From NCBI GenBank assembly GCA_965202835.1, contig CBDBCA010000002.1, forward strand, positions 1,392,427 to 1,456,426: 64,000 nt of DNA. The letters are read 5' to 3'. This document shows positions 29,235 through 38,868 of this stretch, piece by piece. The stretch comes from Alphaproteobacteria bacterium (lineage in GTDB: Bacteria > Pseudomonadota > Alphaproteobacteria > MPNO01). Within the stretch, counting starts at the first letter, position 1. Each line of letters begins with the position of its first letter. The notes under the pieces are model-generated. The model did no database searches and was not told the DNA's origin. It was given only the letters and a program-made list of their open reading frames with translations. A program made the translations under genes and the position numbers.

Positions 29235-30647
29235 GTGGCCGGGCGATCGATCCCAATCCTGCTCAACGGCGAGCCCTGCGAGATCCGGGACGTGCCGCCG
29301 GCCACGACGGTGCTCGACTGGCTCCGGACGGAAAGGCGTCTCACCGGCACCAAGGAAGGCTGCGCCGAGGGCGATTGCGGCGCCTGCACGGTCGTGCTCG
29401 GCATCCCCGACGGCGGCGACCTGCGCTACGAGGCGGTCAACAGCTGCCTGATCGCCATGCCCCAGCTCGCCGGAAGGGCGCTTCTGACCGTCGAGGGGCT
29501 GGCGGCGAACGGTCGCCTCCACCCCCTGCAGCAAGCCCTGGTCGAGGCCGATGCAAGCCAGTGCGGGTTCTGCACGCCGGGAATCGCGATGGCGCTCTTC
29601 GCCTTCCTCGAATGCGGCGAGGCGCCGGAGGTCGAGACGATCCACGACGCGCTTGCCGGCAATCTGTGCCGCTGCACCGGGTACCGGCCGATCGTCGATG
29701 CCGCCCGCGAGGCGGAGCGCGCGCCCGCGGGCGCCCCCGTCGCACCGGTTCCCGAGGCCGGACCCGATTACGAGGCCGGGAAGCAGGTCTTCTTCGCGCC
29801 CCGGACGCTCGACGGACTTATCGAGCTGCGCACGAAGCACCCGGACGCACCGATCCTCGCCGGCGGCACCGATCTCGGGCTCCTGTTCTCTAGGGAACGC
29901 CGCGCCTTCGACGCCATAATCTCGGTCGCGCGGGTCGAGGAGCTGAACCGGCTGGAAGTCCGCGAGGAAGAAATCGAGATCGGCGCGGCGGTCACCTATA
30001 CGCGCGCGCTTCCGGTGCTGGACGCGGAATATCCGGGAATGGGCGAGCTGATCCGCCGCATCGGCTCGCGTCAGATCCGCAATCTCGGCACGATCGGCGG
30101 CAATGTCGGCAACGCTTCTCCCATCGGCGACACGCCGCCCTGCCTGATCGCGCTCGACGCCACCCTGGTCCTGCGGGGGCCGGATGGAGCGCGCGAAATG
30201 CCTATCGAGGACTTCTTTCTCGACTACCGCAAGACCGACCTGCGCCGCGGCGAAGTCATCGGGTCGGTGCGCGTCCCGCGCCTCGGCACCGATGAGATTT
30301 TCCGCACCTACAAGGTCTCCAAGCGCTACGACCAGGACATCTCGGCGGTGATCGGGGCCTATCGCCTCACCCTGGCTGACGGCCGCGTGACCGACGCGAG
30401 GATCGCCTATGGCGGCATGGCGGCAACGCCGAAGCGCGCGCGCCACGCTGAACAAGCGCTGACCGGAAGATCCTGGGACGGGGAGGCCGTCGAAAGCGCC
30501 AAGCGGGCGATGGCCAACGATTTCGAGCCCATCGACGATTTCCGCGCCGGCGCGCGCTACCGCGCCACGGTCGCCGCCAACCTGCTGGAGCGCCTCCGTC
30601 TCCAGACCACCGGAGGGGACACGCCAACCGGGGTGTTCGCGCTGTGA
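29235..30647 (+). CDS. xdhA: xanthine dehydrogenase small subunit (2Fe-2S + FAD-binding)
   Basis: Cys clusters CAEGDCGAC and CGFCTPG, and the FAD-binding domain LAGGTDLG. Confidence 0.85.
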   Translation: MAGRSIPILLNGEPCEIRDVPPATTVLDWLRTERRLTGTKEGCAEGDCGACTVVLGIPDGGDLRYEAVNSCLIAMPQLAGRALLTVEGLAANGRLHPLQQALVEADASQCGFCTPGIAMALFAFLECGEAPEVETIHDALAGNLCRCTGYRPIVDAAREAERAPAGAPVAPVPEAGPDYEAGKQVFFAPRTLDGLIELRTKHPDAPILAGGTDLGLLFSRERRAFDAIISVARVEELNRLEVREEEIEIGAAVTYTRALPVLDAEYPGMGELIRRIGSRQIRNLGTIGGNVGNASPIGDTPPCLIALDATLVLRGPDGAREMPIEDFFLDYRKTDLRRGEVIGSVRVPRLGTDEIFRTYKVSKRYDQDISAVIGAYRLTLADGRVTDARIAYGGMAATPKRARHAEQALTGRSWDGEAVESAKRAMANDFEPIDDFRAGARYRATVAANLLERLRLQTTGGDTPTGVFAL

Positions 30648-32950
30648 CCGCATCGGCGCTCAAGGGCGGGGTCCACCGCGCATGGCGCCACGACAGCGCC
30701 GAGAAGCACGTCACCGGGCGCGCGGTCTATATCGACGACATGCCGGCCGTTCCGGACACCCAGGAAGTCTGGCTCGCCACCAGCCCGCACCCGCATGCCC
30801 GAATCCTCTCCATCGACTGCACGGAGGCACGCACTCTCCCGGGGGTGAGCGCCGTCGTCACCGCCGCCGACATACCGGGGGTCAACGACGTTGCGCCGAT
30901 CTTCTCGGGCGAGCCGATCCTGGCCGACGGGGTCGCCGAATATGTCGGCCACCCCGTCGCGGCGGTCGCCGCCCGCGACCGCGACACCGCGAGGCGGGCG
31001 GCGGCGCTGGTCGCGGTCGAATACGAGGTCCTGGAACCCGTGCTCTCCATCGAGCAGGCGCTGGAGCGCGAGAGCTATGTCGCGAAGCCGCAGGCGATGA
31101 AGCGGGGCGACGCGGCAGCCGCGATCGCCGCCGCACCGCACCGGATTTCCGGCGAGGCGGGCTGCGGCGGGCAGGATCATTTCTACCTCGAAGGCCAGGT
31201 CGCGCTCGCCGTGCCCCGGGAAGACGCAGACATGCTGGTCTATTCGTCGACCCAGCACCCGACCGAGGTGCAGCACGGCGTCGCGCACACGCTCGGCGTG
31301 CCGGCCAACGCGGTCACCGTCGAGGTCAGGCGGATGGGCGGCGCGTTCGGCGGCAAGGAGAGCCAGGCGACCATCGTCGCGGCCATCGCCGCCGTGCTGG
31401 CGCGCGCCGCCGGCCTGCCGGTGAAGCTCCGGCTCGCGCGCGACGAGGACATGATCGTCACCGGCAAGCGGCACGACTTCCTGTTCCGCTACGAGGCCGG
31501 GTTCGACGGGACGGGGCGGATTGCCGGGCTCGACATCCTGTTCGCCGCGCGGGCGGGAAACGTCGCCGATCTCTCGACCTCGGTGATGGGGCGCGCGCTG
31601 TGCCACGCGGACAACTGCTACGACATTCCGAACGCCCGTTTCCGCGGCTATTGCTGCAAGACCAACACGGTCTCCAACACCGCCTTCCGCGGCTTCGGCG
31701 GTCCGCAGGGGATGGTCGTCATCGAGATCGTGATCGAGCACATCGCCCGCACCCTCGGCATGGACGTCGAGGCGGTGCGCCGCGCCAACTACTACGGCGA
31801 TGCGCCGAAGAACGTCACGCCCTACGGCCAGGTGGTCGACGACAACATCATCGAGGTGGTGGTGGAGAGCGTTTCCGAGAGAGCCGACTACGAGGCGCGA
31901 AGGCGCGAGGTCGCCGGGTTCAACGAGACCAGCCCGGTGATCAAGAAAGGCATCGCGATGGTGCCGATCAAGTTCGGCATCTCGTTCAACGTAAAGAGCC
32001 TCAACCAGGCCGGCGCGCTGGTCCACGTCTATACCGACGGCAGCGTCCATCTGAACCACGGCGGCACCGAGATGGGGCAGGGTCTCTACGTCAAGATCGC
32101 CCAAGTGGTGTCGGAGGCGTTCCAGATCGATCTCGACCGGATCAGGGTCTCGCCCGCTTCCACCGACAAGGTGCCCAACACCTCCGCCACCGCGGCGTCG
32201 TCGGGCTCCGACCTCAACGGCATGGCGGCGCTGGATGCGGCGAACCGGATCAAGGAACGGATGACCGGCGTCGCGGCGGAGCATTTCGGGGTCGCGCCCG
32301 GCGAGATCCGCTTCGCCGACAACCGCATCTATGCCGGCAACCAGAGCCTCGCCTTCGACGAGCTCGCGAAGATGAGCTGGGCGGAGCGCGTCTCGCTCTC
32401 GGCCACCGGCTTCTACCGCACCCCCGACATCCACTGGGACGGCGAGACGATGCAGGGCCGTCCGTTCTTCTACTACGCCTACGGCGCCTGCGTCGCCGAG
32501 GTCGCCATCGACACGCTGACCGGGGAGAACCGGGTGCTGCGCGCCGACATCCTGGAGGATTGCGGGGCCTCGCTGAATCCGGCGATCGATCTCGGCCAGA
32601 TCGAAGGCGGGTTCGTGCAGGGCATGGGCTGGGTGACGATGGAGGAGCTGTGGTGGGACGGGGAAGGGCGCCTCAGGACGCACGGCCCCTCGACCTACAA
32701 GATCCCGGGCAGCCGCGACGTGCCGCCCGTCTTCAACGTCCACATCCTGGAGGAATCTCCCAACCCCCATCCCACCATCTTCCGTTCCAAGGCGGTGGGC
32801 GAGCCGCCGCTGATGCTGGCGCTCTCGGTCTGGCTCGCGATCCGGGACGCGGTCGCCTCGCTTGCGGATCACCGCCGCTTCGTCCGCCTCGACCCGCCGG
32901 CGACGCCGGAGCGGGTGCTGGCCGCGGTCGAGGAGATTCGGGCGCCATGA
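30644..32950 (+). CDS. xdhB: xanthine dehydrogenase molybdopterin-binding large subunit
   Basis: 768-aa aldehyde-oxidase/xanthine-DH MoCo domain (GGAFGGKE, etc.). Overlaps xdhA by 4 nt. Confidence 0.85.
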   Translation: MTASALKGGVHRAWRHDSAEKHVTGRAVYIDDMPAVPDTQEVWLATSPHPHARILSIDCTEARTLPGVSAVVTAADIPGVNDVAPIFSGEPILADGVAEYVGHPVAAVAARDRDTARRAAALVAVEYEVLEPVLSIEQALERESYVAKPQAMKRGDAAAAIAAAPHRISGEAGCGGQDHFYLEGQVALAVPREDADMLVYSSTQHPTEVQHGVAHTLGVPANAVTVEVRRMGGAFGGKESQATIVAAIAAVLARAAGLPVKLRLARDEDMIVTGKRHDFLFRYEAGFDGTGRIAGLDILFAARAGNVADLSTSVMGRALCHADNCYDIPNARFRGYCCKTNTVSNTAFRGFGGPQGMVVIEIVIEHIARTLGMDVEAVRRANYYGDAPKNVTPYGQVVDDNIIEVVVESVSERADYEARRREVAGFNETSPVIKKGIAMVPIKFGISFNVKSLNQAGALVHVYTDGSVHLNHGGTEMGQGLYVKIAQVVSEAFQIDLDRIRVSPASTDKVPNTSATAASSGSDLNGMAALDAANRIKERMTGVAAEHFGVAPGEIRFADNRIYAGNQSLAFDELAKMSWAERVSLSATGFYRTPDIHWDGETMQGRPFFYYAYGACVAEVAIDTLTGENRVLRADILEDCGASLNPAIDLGQIEGGFVQGMGWVTMEELWWDGEGRLRTHGPSTYKIPGSRDVPPVFNVHILEESPNPHPTIFRSKAVGEPPLMLALSVWLAIRDAVASLADHRRFVRLDPPATPERVLAAVEEIRAP

Positions 32951-33453
32951 ATCTCGCCGAACTCAACGGCGCGACGCGCGAGGAATTCACCGCCGCGCTC
33001 GGCCCGATCTTCGAGCATTCGCCGTGGATCGCGGGCGAGGCCTGGGCGGCGCGACCCTTCGCCTCGGTCGAGGACGTGTTCGAGGCGATGACGGCGGCGA
33101 TCGCTACGGCCGAGGAGGACATGAAGCTCGCCCTGATCCGCGCCCATCCCGACCTCGCCGGCAAGGCGGCGCGGGCCGGCGCTCTCACCGAGCATTCGAC
33201 CCGAGAGCAGCAGGGCGCCGGGCTCGACCGGCTGAGCGACGAGGAGTTCGAGCGTTTCCACCGGCTCAACGCCGCCTACCGTGAACGCTTCGGTTTTCCC
33301 TTTATCGTTGCGGTCCGGTTGCATACGAAGGACAGTATTCTGGAGGCATTCGAGCGGCGTCTCGCCAACGACGGGGCGGCGGAGATGGAAGAGGCGCTGC
33401 GGAATATCGGTCTGATCGGCCGGTTCCGGCTGTTGGACCTGTTGCGGGACTGA
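32947..33453 (+). CDS. uraD: 2-oxo-4-hydroxy-4-carboxy-5-ureidoimidazoline (OHCU) decarboxylase
   Basis: MNLAELNGATREEFTAALGPIFEHSPWIAG...HPDLAGK...FGFPFIV matches the OHCU decarboxylase family. ATGA overlap with the xdhB stop. It occupies the position usually held by xdhC. Confidence 0.75.
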   Translation: MNLAELNGATREEFTAALGPIFEHSPWIAGEAWAARPFASVEDVFEAMTAAIATAEEDMKLALIRAHPDLAGKAARAGALTEHSTREQQGAGLDRLSDEEFERFHRLNAAYRERFGFPFIVAVRLHTKDSILEAFERRLANDGAAEMEEALRNIGLIGRFRLLDLLRD

Positions 33454-33462
33454 GACGCGACG

Positions 33463-34656
33463 ATGGAAACGATCCTCAGCGAATGGGGCAACCTGGTCCT
33501 CAGATGGGCCCATATCATCACCGGCATCGCCTGGATCGGCTCGTCCTTCCTGTTCATGTGGCTCGACAGCCATCTCGAGAAGCCCAACCCGCCGCGCAAG
33601 AACGTCGAGGGCGAGCTCTGGATGACCCATAGCGGCGGGTTCTACGTCGTCGAGAAGATGGACCTCGCGCCCGAGGAAGTTCCGCGGACGCTGCACTGGT
33701 TCAAATGGGAGGCGGCGTGGACCTGGATAACCGGGTTCCTGCTGCTCTGCCTGATGTACTATTACGGGGCGGAGATCTACCTGATCGACCGCAACGTGGC
33801 GGACCTCTCAAAGCCCGAGGCCATCGCCATCGGCGTCGCGCTGCTCGTCGCGTCATGGTTCGTCTACGACGCGCTCTACAAGTCGCCGCTCAGGCATCGT
33901 GGCGCCACTGTCGAGTGCATCGGCTTCGCGCTCCTGATCCTCGTGACTTACGGCCTCACCCACGTGTTCAGCGCGCGTGGCGCCTACATGCATGTCGGCG
34001 CCATGCTGGGCACCATCATGGTCGCCAATGTCTGGATGATCATCATCCCGGCGCAGCAGAAGCTGGTGGACGCGACCAGGGCGGGCACCGCGCTCGACGC
34101 GCGGCTCGCCTTCAACGCCAAGCAGCGCTCGGTCCACAACAACTACATGACGCTGCCGGTCATCTTCATCATGATCAGCAGCCACTACCCGAGCACGTTC
34201 GGCCACGAATACGCCTGGGCGGTCCTCATCGTCGTCTTCATCGCGGGCGCTCTGGTGCGCCACTGGTTCAACCTGCGCAACGAGGGCCGGTCCCGGCTCT
34301 GGCCGATCCCCGCCGCGGTGGTCATCATCCTCGCGCTGATCTACGTGACGCTGCCCGGAAGGACGATGACGGCGGAGGACGAGGACGCGGATCCGGTCAC
34401 CTTCGCCCAGGCCTACGACATCGTCGCCAGGCGCTGCGTCTCCTGCCACGCCGCCAAGCCGTCGGACGAGAACTTCGAAAAGCCGCCCAAGAACGTCGCC
34501 TTCGACACCGCCGAGCAGATTCGCGACCAGGCGCCGAAGATCCGGGCGGTCGCGGTGCTGACCAGGACCATGCCGGTCGGCAACGAGACGGAGATGACCG
34601 ACGAGGAGCGCCGCATCCTCGGGCGCTGGATCGCCGAAGGCGCGGAGATTGAATAG
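33463..34656 (+). CDS. puuD: membrane cytochrome c urate hydroxylase (PuuD-type urate oxidase)
   Basis: N-terminal polytopic membrane domain plus a C-terminal CxxCH haem-binding motif (CVSCH). Embedded between uraD and uraH. Confidence 0.6.
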   Translation: METILSEWGNLVLRWAHIITGIAWIGSSFLFMWLDSHLEKPNPPRKNVEGELWMTHSGGFYVVEKMDLAPEEVPRTLHWFKWEAAWTWITGFLLLCLMYYYGAEIYLIDRNVADLSKPEAIAIGVALLVASWFVYDALYKSPLRHRGATVECIGFALLILVTYGLTHVFSARGAYMHVGAMLGTIMVANVWMIIIPAQQKLVDATRAGTALDARLAFNAKQRSVHNNYMTLPVIFIMISSHYPSTFGHEYAWAVLIVVFIAGALVRHWFNLRNEGRSRLWPIPAAVVIILALIYVTLPGRTMTAEDEDADPVTFAQAYDIVARRCVSCHAAKPSDENFEKPPKNVAFDTAEQIRDQAPKIRAVAVLTRTMPVGNETEMTDEERRILGRWIAEGAEIE

Positions 34657-35707
34657 CGCGCGCGCCCTCGCGGCCGCACTGCTCTTCGTCGCGGCGTCGG
34701 TCTCCGCGCCAGCCCCGGCGCAGACGCCGGCCTTGGCGGAAGGAAGCTGGCCCGCCGTCGACGGCTATGCCGACGACCTTGGCGTTTCCGTCACGCTCGA
34801 TAGCACGAGCCCGTTCGGACTCTCGGATTTCCGCGCGAAGGCAAGCGAGCCGACGGACGTGCCGGCGACCCTGTTCCTGCCGAATGACCGAAAGAAGGGG
34901 AGCAGGGTGCCGGCGGTGGTGCTCCTTCACGGCGCCGCCGGCGTGCTCTACCAGCGCGAGTTGACCTACGCCCGCCAGTTCGCGGCGATGGGCGTCGCCG
35001 CGCTGGTGATCGACGTTTTCGGCGGCCGCCGCGACCGCGCCAGCGGCTTCATCGAGCGGCTGCTCGAGATCACCGAGACGATGATGATCGCCGACGCCTA
35101 TGCCGGGCTCCGCTTCCTCGGTCGCCACGAGGCGGTCGATCCGCGCAGGATCGCGCTGATGGGGTTCTCCTACGGAGGCATGGCGTCGGTGCTCGCCGCC
35201 TATTCGCAGGTCGCCGAGACGATGGCGCCCGACGGGCACCGCTTCGCCGCCCATGTCGCGTTCTACGGTCCCTGCCTCGCGCGGCTCGAAGACAGCAGGG
35301 CGACCGGCGCGCCGGTGCTGATGGTCTGGGGCAGCGAGGATGCGCTGATCGACCCGGAGCGTTGCGCGGAAATCGCGGTCGACCTGAGAAAGGGCGGAGC
35401 CCCGGTCCGGACCGTCGTCTATGACGGCGCCTATCACCAGTGGGACGGCGCCTGGGAGGGGCCGTTCGAGATCGGCCGCAGCCTCGCCGATTGCAGCTTT
35501 CGGGTCAGCCGCGCCGGCATCGCGCGCGATCAACTCACCTACCTGCCGATGACCGATCCCTGGCTGCGGCGGGTCATTCTCGGGCTCTGCGTCGCCGGCG
35601 ACGGCTACATGATCGGCCGCGACGACAAGGTGAGGGCGCGGTCGAACCGGGACGTGGGCCGTTTCCTGGCAACGGCGTTCACGCGGAAGGAGCGCGGCGA
35701 TGGGTAG
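34649..35707 (+). CDS. dienelactone hydrolase-family alpha/beta hydrolase (secreted)
   Basis: Signal peptide and a GFSYGG nucleophile elbow. Confidence 0.7.
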   Translation: MNSARALAAALLFVAASVSAPAPAQTPALAEGSWPAVDGYADDLGVSVTLDSTSPFGLSDFRAKASEPTDVPATLFLPNDRKKGSRVPAVVLLHGAAGVLYQRELTYARQFAAMGVAALVIDVFGGRRDRASGFIERLLEITETMMIADAYAGLRFLGRHEAVDPRRIALMGFSYGGMASVLAAYSQVAETMAPDGHRFAAHVAFYGPCLARLEDSRATGAPVLMVWGSEDALIDPERCAEIAVDLRKGGAPVRTVVYDGAYHQWDGAWEGPFEIGRSLADCSFRVSRAGIARDQLTYLPMTDPWLRRVILGLCVAGDGYMIGRDDKVRARSNRDVGRFLATAFTRKERGDG

Positions 35708-36050
35708 GCTGACGACGCATGTGCTCGATACCGCGAACGGCCGCCCCGCCGCGGGGGTCCGGATCGCGCTCTACCGCGCCGAGGACCAGAACCGGGCGGT
35801 CGCCGCGGCGACCACCAACGCCGACGGGCGCTGCGACGAACCCATTCTCGAAGGCGAGGAATTCGCGGCCGGGGTTTACGAGCTGATCTTCCATGTCGGC
35901 GATTACTTCCGCGACGCGGGGCACGAAGGGCCGTCGCCTCCCTTCCTCGACGTCGTCGTGATCCGCTTCGGCATCGCGAGCGCCGACGAGCACTACCACA
36001 TCCCCCTCCTGGTTTCCCCTTTCGGCTACACGACTTATCGCGGTAGCTGA
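35700..36050 (+). CDS. uraH: 5-hydroxyisourate hydrolase (transthyretin-like)
   Basis: Transthyretin-family fold with the diagnostic C-terminal YRGS tetrapeptide. Confidence 0.85.
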   Translation: MGRLTTHVLDTANGRPAAGVRIALYRAEDQNRAVAAATTNADGRCDEPILEGEEFAAGVYELIFHVGDYFRDAGHEGPSPPFLDVVVIRFGIASADEHYHIPLLVSPFGYTTYRGS

Positions 36051-36056
36051 ACAGGT

Positions 36057-36080
36057 CCCTCTGGGAGGGTTATATTTCGT
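36057..36080 (+). terminator. putative intrinsic terminator after uraH
   Basis: A CCCTC-tgg-GAGGG hairpin followed by TTATATTTCGT, between the convergent uraH and crcB genes. Confidence 0.45.
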
Positions 36081-36087
36081 CCGGGTC

Positions 36088-36486
36088 TCAACCCGTGTGG
36101 GCTTGGCCCAATCCGCCGCCTGCGAGGTAGCCGAGCCAGACGGCGATCAGGCATGCGATCACCGACAGCAGGACGTTGCCGAGGGCGGCTATCCAAGCGC
36201 CTTCGCGAAGCAGGTCCAGGGTCTGAAGGCTGAAAGCGGAAAAGGTGGTGTACCCGCCGCACAAACCCACCACGATGAAGGCCCGGATGTGATGTCCCGG
36301 CAGCCACGAACGGTCGAGGGATTCGCCCATCGCGGCCACGACGCCGATCACGAACGACCCCACGACGTTGACGAGGATCGTGCCCCACGGAAAGTCGTCG
36401 CCCAACCGAGCCGACACCACCGCGCCGCACCAGTAGCGCCCAACGCCGCCGATCGCGCTACCGATTGCAACCCACAAATAGGTCAT
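36088..36486 (-). CDS. crcB: fluoride efflux channel CrcB/FluC
   Basis: 132-aa 4-TM protein with the conserved GGYTTFS(A/T)F motif. Confidence 0.85.
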   Translation of the reverse strand: MTYLWVAIGSAIGGVGRYWCGAVVSARLGDDFPWGTILVNVVGSFVIGVVAAMGESLDRSWLPGHHIRAFIVVGLCGGYTTFSAFSLQTLDLLREGAWIAALGNVLLSVIACLIAVWLGYLAGGGLGQAHTG

Positions 36487-36558
36487 GTGCCGGTCCGTTC
36501 CGCACTCGCCGACGCGGGCGCGCCGATATCGACTAGGGATGCGAACCCGGTTCGCGCT

Positions 36559-36891
36559 TCAGTGACCGATCGACCAGGGGCGTGAATGCGTGTTGTGCAG
36601 ACCTTCGCCGAGGCCGGTGTTGCGCCGCGCGCCGTGGCTGTGGCCGTGGTCATGCCCATGACTGTGGCCGCCCGGCTTTCCGGACACCACCCTGGGCTCG
36701 TCCGCGCTCTTTTCGTTTCGCTGATGCGCGATCCGGTTGTTGGGGTCCATGTTGGCGATGAACGGCGCGCTTATGCTGCGCGGGGCCGCGTTGCCGCAAT
36801 CCGGGCAGGGCATCGGCTCCGACGATCGGCTCATCGGCTGTATCTCGGTAAACGGGCCGCATGCCCCGCAATCATAACCGTAAATCGGCAT
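36559..36891 (-). CDS. FmdB-family zinc-ribbon putative regulatory protein with a His-rich tail
   Basis: MPIYGYDCGACGPFTE...CPDCG. The C-terminus is GHSHGHDHGHSHG. Confidence 0.7.
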   Translation of the reverse strand: MPIYGYDCGACGPFTEIQPMSRSSEPMPCPDCGNAAPRSISAPFIANMDPNNRIAHQRNEKSADEPRVVSGKPGGHSHGHDHGHSHGARRNTGLGEGLHNTHSRPWSIGH

Positions 36892-36955
36892 CGCGCCCTC
36901 CTCCATCGCCGAGCCGGATGCCGCCCGGCCCCGACGGGCCGGGCGGCAATGTCGG

Positions 36956-37468
36956 CTAGGTAAGCCAGCCTTCGAGAATCAGGTAGCCGGGCAGCCAAGC
37001 GGTCAGCACACCCTGTATCGAGGTCATGGCTCCCGTCGCCTTGAGGATCGGTCTCTGCATCGCCAGCAGCAGGAAGAACATGAACCACAGTACCGCCCAC
37101 GCGGCCCAGCACACGCCCAACCACCACCCCAGCGGCGAGGTGGCGGCCATGAACTGGACCACGGCCACCGGGACAACGGTGATGGAGACGAACAGGCTGT
37201 ACCAGCCGAGCCCGCGGCCATCGACGTCCTGGAACCGGTTATAGGCCACCCACAGATAGGTGAAGCTGAAGAGCAACGTCAGCGCCGCAGCCCTGATTGA
37301 TTGGTCATCGGCACCGGGCCCGAAGGCCAGATATGCGGCCACGGCCGCAGTGACGAGACCGGAAAAGATGTTGATGATCGCGATCTCGCGATCACCGATG
37401 CGCCCCAACAGCCAGATTCCGTTCAGGAACAGAACGGCTCCAACCCAGAGCAGTGCAAGTCCGAGCAT
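36956..37468 (-). CDS. AmiS/UreI-family amide/urea channel
   Basis: 170-aa 6-TM protein of the AmiS/UreI type. It sits between the formamidase and fmdB-like genes. Confidence 0.7.
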   Translation of the reverse strand: MLGLALLWVGAVLFLNGIWLLGRIGDREIAIINIFSGLVTAAVAAYLAFGPGADDQSIRAAALTLLFSFTYLWVAYNRFQDVDGRGLGWYSLFVSITVVPVAVVQFMAATSPLGWWLGVCWAAWAVLWFMFFLLLAMQRPILKATGAMTSIQGVLTAWLPGYLILEGWLT

Positions 37469-37629
37469 TTTCGAGTCCTCCGCGTGTCAGATACTCCGCA
37501 GAGTGACCGGTGCGGATGCACTTACGCGACGGTACGCCGCACCGAACAAACGTTCGCCGGTCATCATCTGCGGACCGGGATGCGAAGCGGAGGCCGGACG
37601 GTCGCCGCCCCGCCTCCGCGATGCATCAA

Positions 37630-38868
37630 TCAGCTGCAGGACGTCGCGTCTACGCCGCTGACGTGGACGGTCGGTCCGGAAGCGTTCGGCCGGATATCGA
37701 AATCGAAGATCTCCGTTGGAACGGCAACCGTGCAACACGCGTTCGGGATGTCGACGATTCCGCTGACCCGGCCCTCGACGGGAGCCGTGCCAAGGATCAT
37801 GTAAGCCTGCTCGCCCGAATAGCCGAACTTCTTGAGATATTCGACCGCGTTCAGGCAGGCGCGGCGGTAGGCAACCGTCGCATCCAGATACTTCTGGGAA
37901 CCGTCGTGCTCGTCGACGCAGACCCCCTCGAAGATCAGGTACTCGGAGTAATGAGGCTCGACCGGGCTTGGCTTGAAGACCGGGTTGGTGATCCCGTACT
38001 TCTCGACACCGCCCTTGATGACGTCGACGCCGATATCGATCCAGCCGGCCATCTCGATGGCGCCGCAGAAGGTGATCTCGCCGTCGCCCTGCGACCAGTG
38101 GATGTCGCCCATCGAGAGCCCGCCGCCCGACTGGTAGACCGGGAAGTAGCAGGTTGAGCCGCGCGACAGGTTCTTGATGTCGCAGTTCCCGCCATGCTCG
38201 CGCCCGGGCACCGTGCGCGCGCCTTCCAGGCCCGCGGCGTTCGCCGCGTCGCCCGTCATCTGCCCCATCAGCGCCGTCGTCGTCCCGGCGAGGCCGTCCG
38301 GCAGCGTGCACAAAGGCGGCACGCGGTCCGGATCGGTCCTGAACAGGGCCGACTCCCGGTCGTTCCACCGCTTCAGCAGATCGGCGTCAGGCAGAGTGCC
38401 GATCAGCCCGGGATGAATGAGCCCGGGAAAGCGCACGCCGGGAATGTGGCGCGACGTGGTGTAGATGCCGTGGAAGTCCCAGCACGCCTTGCGCGCCTCG
38501 GGGAAGTGCTTGTCGAGGAACCCGCCACCGTTTTCCAGCGCGAAGATCCCGGTGAACCCCCACTTGGAATCCGGCAGCCATCCGATGTCGTTGATGTCCA
38601 CGACCATGAGGTCGCCGGGCTCGGCGCCCTCGACGCCGAACGGTCCGCTCAGATAGTGCACTTTCGAAAGATCGACATCCCGGATGTCGTTGGCGGACTC
38701 GTCGTTCTTGATCTGCCCGCCGGTCCAGTCGTAGCACTCGACCCGGAATTCATCACCGGGCTTGAAGGTTTCCACGATCGGGATATCCGGGTGCCACCGA
38801 TTGTGGGTCTTGACGTCTTGATCTTCGGGCCATTTGTCCATTTCCGCCCGAAATACAGTGTTGGCCAT
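37630..38868 (-). CDS. fmdA: formamidase (acetamidase/formamidase FmdA_AmdA family)
   Basis: 412-aa protein collinear with the FmdA family. Start at MANTVFRAEMDKWPE. The ORF-track 5' extension is excluded. Confidence 0.8.
   Translation of the reverse strand: MANTVFRAEMDKWPEDQDVKTHNRWHPDIPIVETFKPGDEFRVECYDWTGGQIKNDESANDIRDVDLSKVHYLSGPFGVEGAEPGDLMVVDINDIGWLPDSKWGFTGIFALENGGGFLDKHFPEARKACWDFHGIYTTSRHIPGVRFPGLIHPGLIGTLPDADLLKRWNDRESALFRTDPDRVPPLCTLPDGLAGTTTALMGQMTGDAANAAGLEGARTVPGREHGGNCDIKNLSRGSTCYFPVYQSGGGLSMGDIHWSQGDGEITFCGAIEMAGWIDIGVDVIKGGVEKYGITNPVFKPSPVEPHYSEYLIFEGVCVDEHDGSQKYLDATVAYRRACLNAVEYLKKFGYSGEQAYMILGTAPVEGRVSGIVDIPNACCTVAVPTEIFDFDIRPNASGPTVHVSGVDATSCS

Noticed and set aside
30682-33453. 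923-aa + strand ORF spanning xdhB and uraD
   Set aside because: Only its last 168 codons (from ATG 32947) are in the real frame of the OHCU decarboxylase. The upstream part is an alternative frame of xdhB.
36487-36600. fluoride riboswitch expected upstream of crcB
   Set aside because: The conserved fluoride-riboswitch core (GGnGAUG ... CUGAUG ... CUAC) is not present on the minus strand. crcB appears to be co-transcribed with the fmdB-like gene. An Infernal scan would settle this.
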